Made by a program: the position numbers and the translations under genes. This document shows positions 8,398-18,250 of a stretch of 64,000 nt of DNA, piece after piece (within the stretch, counting starts at the first letter, position 1; the number at the start of each line of letters is the position of its first letter). Under the pieces are notes generated by a model that saw nothing but the letters and a program-made list of their open reading frames with translations, did no database searches and was not told where the DNA came from. Origin of the DNA: a virus; the IMG/VR virus record IMGVR_UViG_3300037069_000769, positions 1-64,000 of that record, one strand, 5' to 3'.

Positions 8398-8425
8398 CAA
8401 TTTGCAAACGTTTGCAGGATAAGTA

Positions 8426-8989
8426 ATGATTACATTTGTTTGGGCGGGTGCTCAGTGGTCAGTCGATGTGGATGGGGCCGTTTTGAAGACGAAGCCTCAG
8501 CCCATTAAATGCGAGGCGGGAGAAGTATCTGACCTCGTGATCGTAGCTCGATGGTTTCCGACAACTCCCCCGAAGGCGATGGGTGTCGAGAGGTACACCG
8601 GGCCGGAAGCTGAAGCTCTCGTTGCCAAAATGGACAAGAAGATCGAGAAGCCGGCAAGCATTGGACCGCCGCTTCTGAAATCGATTACTACTCCTGAGGC
8701 CAAGACGTTTCAAATCGTGTCTCGCCCGATGACTCTGTACGAGATTAGAGAGCGGGTAACTGAAGGGAAGTGGTTGACCGTTTACATGGAGGTGCCTCTG
8801 CACGAGTTCCTTGAGCGAAGCATGCACGGCTTCAACGACTACATTCAATTTGCTCTGACGGCACCTACAGTTATGCAGGCCCTCAGTGACTGGAATTTTA
8901 GAATTGTTGGGCACTTGGACCCCTCATCCGAGTGCAAGGTGGGTGCCGCAATTCTTGAGGTGAAGGTTAATGTTTCAGAATGCCTCTGA
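8426..8989 (+). CDS. Hypothetical protein (FxWAG...WxPTTPP domain)
   Basis: N-domain paralogous to 9329-9568. Confidence 0.7.
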   Translation: MITFVWAGAQWSVDVDGAVLKTKPQPIKCEAGEVSDLVIVARWFPTTPPKAMGVERYTGPEAEALVAKMDKKIEKPASIGPPLLKSITTPEAKTFQIVSRPMTLYEIRERVTEGKWLTVYMEVPLHEFLERSMHGFNDYIQFALTAPTVMQALSDWNFRIVGHLDPSSECKVGAAILEVKVNVSECL

Positions 8990-9426
8990 ACGATGTTGAA
9001 ATCAGGTTACCTCAGAGCGTGCTCGGGCGACTGTTTAAGTACGCCAAGCGGGAGCGGGTTCCGGTGGGGGTACTTGTAAGTAGAGCAATCGATTGGTATT
9101 ATCACGTTATCGAGGGCAAACCCCTCTGGAAAGGACACATGAAATCAGAAAGATACGCGGCCCGAAAGGCTGTTTCGTATTTGGTGGAAGCTGAAGCTTC
9201 GGTGTCGGACATGCTTCACGACGAAGTGTTCACCCCTGAAGAAGCTGACACCTACAAGACTTTGCTGATTCAGGCTCAGCAGAAGATTCGTGAGCGAGTT
9301 CCCAATCTCTTCACTGAAAGCCCCGGCAATGGTCAAGTTCACTTGGGCGGGAGAGGAGTGGGAGACGGAGGTGAATCCGGAGGAGTTGAAGCTTCACCGG
9401 CCCCTGATACGTCTGGGAGCGAGTGA
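8980..9426 (+). CDS. Hypothetical protein with possible N-terminal ribbon-helix-helix
   Basis: VEIRLPQSVLGRLFKYAKRERVPVGVLVSRAIDWY resembles a CopG/RHH pattern. Confidence 0.55.
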   Translation: MPLNDVEIRLPQSVLGRLFKYAKRERVPVGVLVSRAIDWYYHVIEGKPLWKGHMKSERYAARKAVSYLVEAEASVSDMLHDEVFTPEEADTYKTLLIQAQQKIRERVPNLFTESPGNGQVHLGGRGVGDGGESGGVEASPAPDTSGSE

Positions 9427-9568
9427 CGTTTGGTTGCAGATTGTTAAGTGGTGGCCTACTACTCCACCAATTCCCAACGAGTTAATTGAGGTTCAGTTTG
9501 ACTTATTCTCTGGACGAGAGTCACCTTACAATGAACCTCATTTGGTAGCCTCCCTAATCGAGGCGTAG
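9329..9568 (+). CDS. Hypothetical protein (FxWAG...WWPTTPP domain)
   Basis: Paralogue of the 8426 N-domain. Confidence 0.65.
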   Translation: MVKFTWAGEEWETEVNPEELKLHRPLIRLGASDVWLQIVKWWPTTPPIPNELIEVQFDLFSGRESPYNEPHLVASLIEA

Positions 9569-9600
9569 ATTGCAAACGTTTGCAATAGAAGGGAACTGAG

Positions 9601-10590
9601 ATGTGTTTGTCGAGTACGTTTACGCAAGAGCAGTTGGCCCAACATCTTCCTGACGGGGAGGAGTTCATCGCTTATAAGAGCGTGAACCGTAGTGCGAATA
9701 CGGGAAAAGCCCGGCTAGTGAGTCCCGTGTACTCTTATGAGTGGGCACCGGGAGTGCTCACGTCAGAGGGACACGGTACGGATGCTGGATTCTATCTGTG
9801 CTTGGTGAAACCCGGTATTCAGATTAAGGAAAGTGATCGTGATCGTTCTCGGCGTATTCTGAAGTTTAAGGTTCGTCGCGAGGACATCCTCAAGGGCGGG
9901 CCGGATACGATTTTCGGTCACACCTGCGTGTGTGTTGTGGTTCGCAGAGTCGAACTTCTCAAGGAAGATTTTGAGATCGCTCTGGGGGAGGATGAGCAGG
10001 TCTTTATGACCGAGGCTCTTGCCATTGCTGGGGACACGCCTGACAAGATTCCCAAGTTGGCTGAGGAGCGTAAGGTTGAGACGGATGCCGCAGTTTCCAA
10101 AGTTGAGGAGACTGCGGAGAAGGAGCGTGAGGCTCGCGAGGCTGAAAACGCACGGTCTAAGGAGATTCAGCGTGAGACTGATGCCAAGGCCGAATCCACC
10201 GCTTCCGCAGTTAAGAAAACCGCACGGAAGACTGCGGCAACCCGGAAGGCCGTGAAGACTGCTGTTAAGAAGTCGAAGATGGCCCTCGGGAAATCGGGAG
10301 CAACTGCGGTAAAGAAAGCTGCGGCCTCCAAGAAGAAAGCGGCTGCCAAGGATGCGACTGCGATCAAGAAGAAGGTTAAGGCCGCAACGAAGGGTGCAAA
10401 GAAGGTTACAAAGGCTCCTGCAAAGAAAACTCCGGTCAAGAAGTCGGGAGCCAAGAAGCCGGCTCGGTTTGGGAGGTATGACGATATGTCTACCGAAGAC
10501 TTGCGAACGGCGGCAAAGGTGATGGGTGTCAAGGGCACGGTTAAGATGGATCGTGTTGCCCTGCTGAAGGCCCTGAAGAAGTTGGCGTAA
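9601..10590 (+). CDS. Histone H1-like Lys/Ala-rich protein with C-terminal Rho-N-like domain
   Basis: Long KKAA/KKTA region. The C-terminus YDDMSTEDLRTAAKVMGVKGTVKMDRVALLKAL resembles the Rho N-terminal domain. Confidence 0.72.
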   Translation: MCLSSTFTQEQLAQHLPDGEEFIAYKSVNRSANTGKARLVSPVYSYEWAPGVLTSEGHGTDAGFYLCLVKPGIQIKESDRDRSRRILKFKVRREDILKGGPDTIFGHTCVCVVVRRVELLKEDFEIALGEDEQVFMTEALAIAGDTPDKIPKLAEERKVETDAAVSKVEETAEKEREAREAENARSKEIQRETDAKAESTASAVKKTARKTAATRKAVKTAVKKSKMALGKSGATAVKKAAASKKKAAAKDATAIKKKVKAATKGAKKVTKAPAKKTPVKKSGAKKPARFGRYDDMSTEDLRTAAKVMGVKGTVKMDRVALLKALKKLA

Positions 10591-10643
10591 GTTCGGTCTG
10601 CGTTGACCCCCTAACTTTAACTGTTCGGTAGGAGATTCTGAGA

Positions 10644-11594
10644 ATGTCGAGCAATGGTGAGAGTACCTCGGTCGCTAGGACGACTGCGGGCAAGTTGGGA
10701 ACTACGGAGAGGACCCGCATTGAGAAGTTGATCTCGGAAAGGCGGGATTCTCTCATTGACCATGTTAAGGATTTGCGGAACTTTACGGTCGAGGCCAACC
10801 GAGATAAGCCTTTCTCTCGGCAGACCGACGTGAGTAATCTCAAGCTCAAGAAGCAGGCCATCGAGTTCAAGAAGACTCAGATTGCGTCCCGCGAGAAGGA
10901 GAAGTTGGTCGCAGTTCAGGCTGTTCTGAGGGCCAAGGCTGCTCGACGACTTCAGCGGCTTAACAGTCTGCTGAAGCAGGCCGAGCAGACTCTTGCTGAC
11001 GAGTTGTCCACGGCTTCGATCGAAGTAGGCCGGGAGTTTGCAACTGAGCATGAGGAGTTGCGGCGTAGTCTTTCGGACATTGATGCCGAAATCCAAGAAC
11101 TGACTCGGGCTGAGGAGGCTGAGAAGTTCATCCGTCAGGCTGCGATCGATGTGAATTTCAGCAAGTTGGAGGCTGAGATTCGGGATCGGGCTACCGCAGG
11201 TATCGAAGACCTGTGGACAATGAGCGGTAATGGCGATGAGGCCCGTCAGGCATTGCGACGGCTGCCGGACATTAGCACTTTCAAGGATCGAGTAAATCCG
11301 GACCATTTCTTCAGCCTATTCGACAGTACGGCCAAAACGCTCAGCCTCAAAGAAGTTCGATGTTCTCGATGCGAGAACGTCAATGTCATCGTGAAGGCAG
11401 GACAACTGTTCTGTCAGAGCTGCGGGCGATACTTCAGAGCAGATGATGCTCACAAAGTATTGGCCCTCCCCGGATTGTCCGAAATGTTGGACAATCCTCA
11501 GACTGCCTCACCCAAGTTGGAGTCAGGGATCGAACTGGCTCGGGACATTGCAAATCTTACCGTGCAGGCTTCTGATCCTGCTACGGCCTCGTAA
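10644..11594 (+). CDS. Coiled-coil protein with C-terminal Zn ribbon
   Basis: Heptad-rich sequence. CSRC...CQSC motif. Confidence 0.75.
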   Translation: MSSNGESTSVARTTAGKLGTTERTRIEKLISERRDSLIDHVKDLRNFTVEANRDKPFSRQTDVSNLKLKKQAIEFKKTQIASREKEKLVAVQAVLRAKAARRLQRLNSLLKQAEQTLADELSTASIEVGREFATEHEELRRSLSDIDAEIQELTRAEEAEKFIRQAAIDVNFSKLEAEIRDRATAGIEDLWTMSGNGDEARQALRRLPDISTFKDRVNPDHFFSLFDSTAKTLSLKEVRCSRCENVNVIVKAGQLFCQSCGRYFRADDAHKVLALPGLSEMLDNPQTASPKLESGIELARDIANLTVQASDPATAS

Positions 11595-11633
11595 GTGGGT
11601 CAGGACTCCGAGTAGGGTATTATTCCGAATCGC

Positions 11634-11662
11634 TTGACTTTTTGTCGGCCCTTTGGGATACT
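11634..11662 (+). promoter_or_regulatory. Possible sigma70-type promoter
   Basis: TTGACT-17-GATACT, intergenic. Confidence 0.5.
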
Positions 11663-11707
11663 ACGCCTACTCGGTTTCCGTTTATGGATTTCCTACTTGA
11701 GGGCACC

Positions 11708-12067
11708 ATGTCGAAATTTGATGTGCTTATCCAGAGAGTCATTGGAAGACTGGTACGAGTGAACTACGCTCCCGCTACATTTGTGCGGGGCACTATCACT
11801 GCTGCTGAGTATGTGGATAGGCGTCTCAGTAGTACTGGCGACAGGTTTATCTGTCAGTTCAAGATAACCGTCGAGGTGCGGGTCAAGGAGGGCCTAAGTT
11901 ACCGAACTTTTGTGGTGGAAGACCTGCCCCGCTCGAACGCTTCGGTTCGGGAGATTCAGGAGAACATTGCCACTCTGCGGAAGTTTGGGATGGTGAAGGA
12001 AGCGGAGATGCAGGAGAAGGTTCTCGGAGCGTATACCGAGATAAAGGTTGTCGCCTTCGACGACTAA
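11708..12067 (+). CDS. Hypothetical protein
   Basis: GAGGG SD upstream of ATG at 11708. Confidence 0.65.
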   Translation: MSKFDVLIQRVIGRLVRVNYAPATFVRGTITAAEYVDRRLSSTGDRFICQFKITVEVRVKEGLSYRTFVVEDLPRSNASVREIQENIATLRKFGMVKEAEMQEKVLGAYTEIKVVAFDD

Positions 12068-12085
12068 ACTTTGCAAACGTGTGCA

Positions 12086-12316
12086 ATGGGTATAAATCGA
12101 TTAACTGATTCCCAAATTCGGGAAAAACTGGAAGAGATTGATGAAGATGATGATCTAACGGTCACGGCTTATGAGGCAGACTTCCTGAATAACATTATGT
12201 ATAGTTATCAGGGACCCCTGTCCGAGAAGCAGCGTGAGGTCGCACTTCGCATGATCGCCCAGTATCTCGACGAGGAATCCTCTGACGAAGTGGAAAACGA
12301 TGAAGACGATGAGTAG
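12086..12316 (+). CDS. Small acidic hypothetical protein
   Basis: Highly acidic, with an LSEKQ motif common in phage proteins. Confidence 0.65.
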   Translation: MGINRLTDSQIREKLEEIDEDDDLTVTAYEADFLNNIMYSYQGPLSEKQREVALRMIAQYLDEESSDEVENDEDDE

Positions 12317-12698
12317 TACGTTGAAGCTCTCATACCGCCGATTTGTGCGAGCGGTAGAAGATCAAAACTCGTATTTTGAGGAGATGGCTCAGAAAGTTAG
12401 GTCTTGGGCCTCGGGCTGGTTTGGGGAAAAGTTGACTATGGAATCGGGTCTCGGAGAGGACATTCTTCTTCCGATTCACGCGGAGAAGGTTCCTGAGTAC
12501 ATGGATCGAGGGTATTGGGTAACCCGAGATGAGGCTCGAAGACCTTATCTGACCCTGCGACCGACGGAGTTCACGATCACCATGACCAAGGATATTGACC
12601 GTATCCTCTTAGTGGCCGATCTACTGGAAGCCTGCGGGGACAACTTTGCGGTGATCCAGTTTGTTGACAACGTGTTGACGGAGGTTGCGGGCGTATGA
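12309..12698 (+). CDS. Hypothetical protein
   Basis: Translationally coupled to neighbours. Confidence 0.65.
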   Translation: MSSTLKLSYRRFVRAVEDQNSYFEEMAQKVRSWASGWFGEKLTMESGLGEDILLPIHAEKVPEYMDRGYWVTRDEARRPYLTLRPTEFTITMTKDIDRILLVADLLEACGDNFAVIQFVDNVLTEVAGV

Positions 12699-13645
12699 AA
12701 AAGCAGCCGATGCTTGCACCGAACGAGTGCATCGATTTCGACGAGTTGACATATCCGGTATTAGCATCTCCCAAGCTTGATGGGGTTCGGGTGATTGCTT
12801 ATCAGGGTGTCGCCTATTCTCGCGAGTGGAAGCCGTTTGGGGCAGCGGTGCAGTATCGGCTGCGATCCATTCTCGACCTTAGTCGTCGCCTCAACTTGGT
12901 GCTGGATGGGGAGCTTTATGCTCACGGGATCAAGTTTAATGAGTTGATGTCCCTTATCAAGCCCTCTGCTCCATCCTTGACTCAGAGAGTGCAGCTTCAT
13001 GTTTTTGATTGCGTACCTGAGTCGGAGTGGGGTAGCTGCTCAACTGCATTTGCTACTAGGTACGAGATGTACCTCGGATTGCAACGCTTTGGGCTGACGG
13101 ACTGGCAAGCGTTGATTCACAGTATGAATCACACTGAGATAGGATTGCGGGATTATTTCAAAGCTATGCTGGTATTGGGCTATGAAGGTCTAATGGTACG
13201 GGCATTGTTGAGTCCGTACAAGCATGGTCGGGCAACTTTGAATGAGGGTTACATCTACAAGTTTAAGGAGTGGGTGACCCTTGATGCTCAGATCATTGGC
13301 TTTGAGCAGGGGACTCGGATGAGGGAGTCTGTCCGCACCGGAGAACGCGAGCGGGATGAGATGGGCTATCTCAAACGAACCTCCAAGCAGGAGACGCGGG
13401 AGAAAGTCGAAGAGATCGGAACAGTTAAGGTCCGCACTGCTGAGGGTATGGTGTGCGGTGTGGGGTTCAAAAAGAACTCCGGTCTTTACGAACTCATTAA
13501 GTGGGCAAACCGTAACGAGTTCATGGGCAAGTGGGTTGAGTTTGAGTTCATGAGTCATGGGGCGAAGGATAAGCCTCGGTTCGGTAGGATTACCCGGTTA
13601 CGACCTGATTTGGATGGTGAGCATGTTTCGTCTGGCCAGTCCTAA
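12695..13645 (+). CDS. ATP-dependent DNA ligase
   Basis: Motif I SPKLDGVR, LDGEL, FDC, EGLM, YKFK and a C-terminal KPRF. Confidence 0.93.
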   Translation: MKKQPMLAPNECIDFDELTYPVLASPKLDGVRVIAYQGVAYSREWKPFGAAVQYRLRSILDLSRRLNLVLDGELYAHGIKFNELMSLIKPSAPSLTQRVQLHVFDCVPESEWGSCSTAFATRYEMYLGLQRFGLTDWQALIHSMNHTEIGLRDYFKAMLVLGYEGLMVRALLSPYKHGRATLNEGYIYKFKEWVTLDAQIIGFEQGTRMRESVRTGERERDEMGYLKRTSKQETREKVEEIGTVKVRTAEGMVCGVGFKKNSGLYELIKWANRNEFMGKWVEFEFMSHGAKDKPRFGRITRLRPDLDGEHVSSGQS

Positions 13646-14564
13646 CGATGTTGTTGGTAAGGGTGTTCATCGCTCAGGATGGCCGGAGGTTTTGCAAACG
13701 TTTGCAAAGCATACGTCACCTAAGGGTATCCTGCTCGACGATTTTGTTGAACGAAGTTTCACGTATCGGCCTATGGCTCAGCCTTACCGCGAGCCGTGGA
13801 TGGGCATCTTTCATCACCCTGTCGATGTACCTATCTGGCTGCATCAGAAAAATACCTACGATTGGATTTTTTCTCAAAAGCTGTGGCAGGAGAGTCACCC
13901 AAATCTGGTAGCTGGGATTGCATTAAGTGAGCAGGCCGCTAATTATCTGAGTGACAAGCTTGATCGGCCTTTCTACGCCTTGAAGCATCCGACGGCTCTG
14001 AATGTGCCTCAGTTTACACTTAAGACGTTCAAAGATAATCGCTTCAAGAAGTTGGTTCAGGTTGGGTCATTTCTTCGGAACACTGAGTTGATCTCTCAGA
14101 TTCCTTTGAATTTCCTTGTGCGGGCTAAACTCGGTACAGACTTGCCTTGGGTGAAGCGATACGAGCAGCAGGTTAAGCGATACTGGCAAATTGAGCGTAC
14201 TCGTACTGAGACTAGAGCCGGGGCTATCTGTCATATCCCTCGATGCACTAACTCCGAGTATGACGAGGTTCTAAGCTCCAATGTTGTGTGTATGGAGTTT
14301 TTTGCTGCCTCTGCCAGTAATGCGGTAGTGGAGTGTTTGGTCCGTCGAACGCCTCTAATTGTTAATCGGCTGCCGTCAATTGAGGAGTATCTTGGGAAAG
14401 ATTACCCTCTGTACTTCACTGACATGTGGGACATTACTGACTGTCTTGACCTCCGTGCCGTGATGGAGGCCCACGAGTATTTGATGACGTTGGGGACTAC
14501 AAAGTACGAGTTTAGTTACTTTGCCTCCAAAGTTGCCGAGATATGTAAGTATTACACTCCTTAA
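13614..14564 (+). CDS. Glycosyltransferase-like hypothetical protein
   Basis: GT-B-like C-terminus (ASASNAVVECLVRRTPLIVNRLPSIEEYLG). Confidence 0.55.
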   Translation: MVSMFRLASPNDVVGKGVHRSGWPEVLQTFAKHTSPKGILLDDFVERSFTYRPMAQPYREPWMGIFHHPVDVPIWLHQKNTYDWIFSQKLWQESHPNLVAGIALSEQAANYLSDKLDRPFYALKHPTALNVPQFTLKTFKDNRFKKLVQVGSFLRNTELISQIPLNFLVRAKLGTDLPWVKRYEQQVKRYWQIERTRTETRAGAICHIPRCTNSEYDEVLSSNVVCMEFFAASASNAVVECLVRRTPLIVNRLPSIEEYLGKDYPLYFTDMWDITDCLDLRAVMEAHEYLMTLGTTKYEFSYFASKVAEICKYYTP

Positions 14565-14572
14565 GGGATACC

Positions 14573-15409
14573 ATGACCTACACGATGTTTCGCATTATCG
14601 GTAATGAGATTCCGGGCCGACATGCCGAAGGCCAGAATTTCAGGAATCTTGAGTACATCCTTGAGAATGAGATTTTTCCCGAGAATTGTATGAAGGTTTT
14701 TGTCTTGAATCGAATTTACGATCAAGACTACTATGAGACATTGCGTAACCGGATTGTGGGGAAGTATAGAAACGTTGTGCAGTTTACGATCCCCTTCGAG
14801 GTCTCTGAGTTCAATCGACGCTCAACAGATATTGGGAAGTTGAAGTATCTCACCAACATCAATGGGGCGAGAAACGAATGCCTGACAGCAGCTAGTCCGG
14901 ATGAGGTTGCTCTGGTGCTGGACGGAAACTGCTTTTTCACTCCGGGAGGCTGGCGGGCGTTCGATGAGAATGTTCGGGCTAATTCTCGGGACGAAGCGTA
15001 TGCGATCCGGATGTCTCGGATTATAAGCTTTACGCAGTTAGACCCTCATGCTCTTCCCCGATGTAATGAGGAGTACTATTATCCTAACGGTAGGTCTATC
15101 TTCGGATTGACTGAACCTCAACTTGCCTTTAACTCTTCGACGAAACTGCGGTTTGATGAGGAGTTGCTGTACGGAGATTGCGATAAGGCTGAGATGCTTG
15201 TACGTCTTGGCTTTCCCGGCATCTGGGATCAGTGGTATCGTAAGCCGGTTGAGCCGATAGAGTTCTTTGGGAAAACCAAGTTGTGCGGGTGGTGTTACCG
15301 GTTACCGTCCGGAAATGACCGGGCGGATCAAAACAATATGGAGAGGGCTAAGTCTCGGATGGCGGGCCTCTCGGAACTCCTCAAGAAAGTGCAGGAAGTT
15401 TGTGTTTGA
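14573..15409 (+). CDS. Hypothetical protein, possible GT-A glycosyltransferase-like
   Basis: NGARNECL...LVLDGNCF pattern reminiscent of GT2-like folds. Confidence 0.5.
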   Translation: MTYTMFRIIGNEIPGRHAEGQNFRNLEYILENEIFPENCMKVFVLNRIYDQDYYETLRNRIVGKYRNVVQFTIPFEVSEFNRRSTDIGKLKYLTNINGARNECLTAASPDEVALVLDGNCFFTPGGWRAFDENVRANSRDEAYAIRMSRIISFTQLDPHALPRCNEEYYYPNGRSIFGLTEPQLAFNSSTKLRFDEELLYGDCDKAEMLVRLGFPGIWDQWYRKPVEPIEFFGKTKLCGWCYRLPSGNDRADQNNMERAKSRMAGLSELLKKVQEVCV

Positions 15410-16100
15410 GCAAGGCATCACCTTTGATTTGTCGGATGCTGAGAACTGGTTTCAAAAGCACAATGTTGGGGAACCTCATCACAACTTTCGGTATCTCCGG
15501 TCCTTGCAAGCTCTAAGCGGCATGGGCCTCGGGAAATCCGTGCAGATATTAGAGATTGGGAGCGGAGGGCCCTTCTCTGATTACCTCAAGACGCAAGGTT
15601 TGGCTATAGTTAGTACTGGAGCCTTGGATTTGAGGTACATCGACACTTCAAAGTTGAGTGCTTATCAGGAATACGATCTGATCCTTTGTATGGAGGTAAT
15701 GGAACATCTTAAGGATCGAGAGGACTCTCCTGTGGCTGATTGGGCGGGCTCAGGTCAAAAGAACTTGATGAAGTTCATGTACGAGAGTCTCAAACGGGGC
15801 GGAAGACTCTTTCTGACGACTCCGAACGTGTGCAGTTATCATAACATCATCCGACTGGTTCAGTGTCGGCACCCTTTCATGTACGAGCTGCATGTTCGGG
15901 AGATGTCTCCGAAGGATGTGGAAGTCTTGGTTCATGGTATTGGTTTCCGCATGGTCTCACTTAAGACCGAGGTGGTTTGGAACTACCACAAGACTAGGGA
16001 CACGGACGTAAAGGAGGTCAAGTACTTTTTGGAGAATGTTGGACTGGCTGATCCGCATCTTCGAGGTGATTGTATCTTTGCCATTGCTGCCCGCCCCTAA
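15402..16100 (+). CDS. Class I SAM-dependent methyltransferase
   Basis: ILEIGSG, YDLILCMEVMEHL, LKRGGRLFLTTPN. Confidence 0.88.
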   Translation: MFEQGITFDLSDAENWFQKHNVGEPHHNFRYLRSLQALSGMGLGKSVQILEIGSGGPFSDYLKTQGLAIVSTGALDLRYIDTSKLSAYQEYDLILCMEVMEHLKDREDSPVADWAGSGQKNLMKFMYESLKRGGRLFLTTPNVCSYHNIIRLVQCRHPFMYELHVREMSPKDVEVLVHGIGFRMVSLKTEVVWNYHKTRDTDVKEVKYFLENVGLADPHLRGDCIFAIAARP

Positions 16101-16107
16101 AGGTTAT

Positions 16108-16178
16108 TTACCGTGCAAACGTTTGCACGGTAATTTTTTGTTGATGCCCTTGACAAGTTTCTGAGATACTGCTATGAT
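16108..16178 (+). promoter_or_regulatory. 26-bp perfect palindrome (extended motif copy) followed by a sigma70-type promoter
   Basis: TTACCGTGCAAACGTTTGCACGGTAA at 16108-16133. TTGACA(16150)-17-TATGAT. Confidence 0.75.
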
Positions 16179-16205
16179 TAGGGTGTCTCTTACGAAAGGG
16201 GAATC

Positions 16206-16472
16206 ATGCCAATGCCTCAATATGGATCGCCTAAAGGTGAGTTGAGTCCGGGGGAAATTCGTAATTTTGCGTGGAAGGCCGGAGCGGCTGTAGTCGCAGC
16301 TTTGTTCACCTTTACTGCTCAGTACCTTAGCGGGTTGCAGCTTGAGCAACCTTGGACTATTATTGTCCCACTCGTGTGCGGTGGGTTACTGGACATGGCT
16401 CGGCATCTTGGAACGGACACGACGCCTGCCAAACCCAAACAGGAGATTACCGATGAGAGTGTGGGCAAGTAG
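16206..16472 (+). CDS. Small membrane protein, holin-like
   Basis: Two hydrophobic segments and a charged C-terminus, 88 aa. Confidence 0.55.
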   Translation: MPMPQYGSPKGELSPGEIRNFAWKAGAAVVAALFTFTAQYLSGLQLEQPWTIIVPLVCGGLLDMARHLGTDTTPAKPKQEITDESVGK

Positions 16473-16809
16473 AGCCGGACTGGCGGCTGCACTGCTTGGT
16501 GTTGTTGCGTACATCGCCAGCTTTTGTGTGCCTATGGACACCGGCGGTGCATGGTACGCCCAAGTGTTCGGATTGATGCTTGGCGGTGTTGCCGTGTACG
16601 TCGGGTCCAATTTCCGCACGATTAAGCGGAAAGCGGGGTTGACGGTGGTCCCTGAGATTGAGCCGCTCCAGCAGCGAGATTTGGAGTGTTTTAACCATTT
16701 GACTGAGCGAATGGCTATGTCAGGAGACAAGGATGGGATCGAGGCGTGCAAACGTTTGCAAGATTGTCTGTTCAATCTGCACTACGGTCATTTGAAGCCT
16801 GAGGAGTGA
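16453..16809 (+). CDS. Membrane protein with two N-terminal TM helices
   Basis: AGLAAALLGVVAYIASF and VFGLMLGGVAVYVG. AGGAG SD upstream. Confidence 0.65.
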   Translation: MRVWASRAGLAAALLGVVAYIASFCVPMDTGGAWYAQVFGLMLGGVAVYVGSNFRTIKRKAGLTVVPEIEPLQQRDLECFNHLTERMAMSGDKDGIEACKRLQDCLFNLHYGHLKPEE

Positions 16810-17303
16810 TTATGAGATACATCCTTCTGGCATTGGCCGGGGCGATGTTGACTGGGTGCAGTTTGTTCCCTGTTGATATGTCGAAGACTCCGACCAAGCC
16901 CGGAAAAGGTAAGGTCGTTCAGGTCGATGTGCCCGATGAGACTTTCGGACTTGATACGAAGATTCCGAAGGTCATGCACAATCGTAAGAGTGCTTTGCAG
17001 CTTGCGGCTGTGTGCGATCAATACGCTCGGGCAATCGAATACGACGGGGAAAAGGATGAACCCCTGTTGAGAACTACGGACGATGTGGGCAGACGTTTCA
17101 AGGCTATGAATGATTATGCGTGGCATGGTCCCAACACCTTGGCCCCTCCTGACTTCAAGTCTTTAACGTCTAAGTTGATGAAGGATCAGCTCGACTCTGA
17201 CGGAACCAGCCCTGAGTTGACAAAAGAAAAACGTGCCTTAGCGGTCTCAGTGTTTGAGGCCATCGCTTACGGTCTTAAGCAGGTGCAAGACGATGGCGAC
17301 TGA
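16806..17303 (+). CDS. Lipoprotein
   Basis: Signal peptide with lipobox LTG-C. Confidence 0.75.
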   Translation: MIMRYILLALAGAMLTGCSLFPVDMSKTPTKPGKGKVVQVDVPDETFGLDTKIPKVMHNRKSALQLAAVCDQYARAIEYDGEKDEPLLRTTDDVGRRFKAMNDYAWHGPNTLAPPDFKSLTSKLMKDQLDSDGTSPELTKEKRALAVSVFEAIAYGLKQVQDDGD

Positions 17304-18246
17304 ATTCTTCGGATGGGAACCTAATCCGCAGGGTGTTGAGGATTATATCAATGATCCTCGTAACAAACATCCTGTGTTTATGGTGTCTGCTCACGCTCTT
17401 ATGCGAGATTATGAGCAGAAGGACACCATGCTTTACGAAAACCTGCTGTGGGCTGACCCCAACTACCAACGCGGTCGTCAGTTGATCGGCGATTGTGTGT
17501 CATGGGGATGCGAGCTTGGTTGCACTACTAACATGGCTAAAGCCTTACGAAAAATCGGTCGTAGGGATTTGTTCATTCCTGCGGCCACTGAGTCTATTTA
17601 TGGGGGTGCTCGTGTTGAGGCTCTCCGTAAGCAGTCCGGAGGTTGGAATGATGGTGCATATGGGGCAGCGGCTGCTACGTGGGTGAGGGAGTGGGGTATC
17701 GTTCAGCGTAAGGATTACAGTGCTCAAACTGGAAATCCTGAGCATGACCTGCGGCAGTACAGCGGGCAGCGGGCGAAGCAGTGGGGTAATTACGGATGCG
17801 GGGGAGCTAAGGATAAAGGCAAACTTGACGAGCTTGCCAAGGAATTCCCTGTAAAGACTACAAGCATTGTACACAGTTTCGACGAAATTGCGGCTGCTAT
17901 TGCTGGTGCTAAGGTTCCTGTAACCATTGCCAGTAACTACGGCACCGATATGCGTCGGGACAAGAACGGATTCTGCCGATGGAACGCCTCATGGGGGCAC
18001 CAAATGGTGCTTATTGCTGTGAGATTCGGAGCAAGGCCGGGAGCATTGTGTGCTCAATCTTGGGGACCGCAAGTAGCATCAGGCCCCAAGTATCCTGAAA
18101 CCATGCCTGACAATATCGCCGGGTTTACTTGGTGGATTCCCGCAGAGGATTGCGATCGAATTGCCAAGCAGGGCGACTCTCACGCCTTGGGAGACGTTGA
18201 GGGCTGGAAAATTGATCCCTTTGAGTGGGATGACGTTTGGGGGTAA
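17293..18246 (+). CDS. Papain-like (C1-type) cysteine peptidase
   Basis: QLIGDCVSWG (oxyanion Gln and catalytic Cys), WGHQMVLI (His), QSWG. Confidence 0.75.
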   Translation: MATEFFGWEPNPQGVEDYINDPRNKHPVFMVSAHALMRDYEQKDTMLYENLLWADPNYQRGRQLIGDCVSWGCELGCTTNMAKALRKIGRRDLFIPAATESIYGGARVEALRKQSGGWNDGAYGAAAATWVREWGIVQRKDYSAQTGNPEHDLRQYSGQRAKQWGNYGCGGAKDKGKLDELAKEFPVKTTSIVHSFDEIAAAIAGAKVPVTIASNYGTDMRRDKNGFCRWNASWGHQMVLIAVRFGARPGALCAQSWGPQVASGPKYPETMPDNIAGFTWWIPAEDCDRIAKQGDSHALGDVEGWKIDPFEWDDVWG

Positions 18247-18250
18247 ACAT

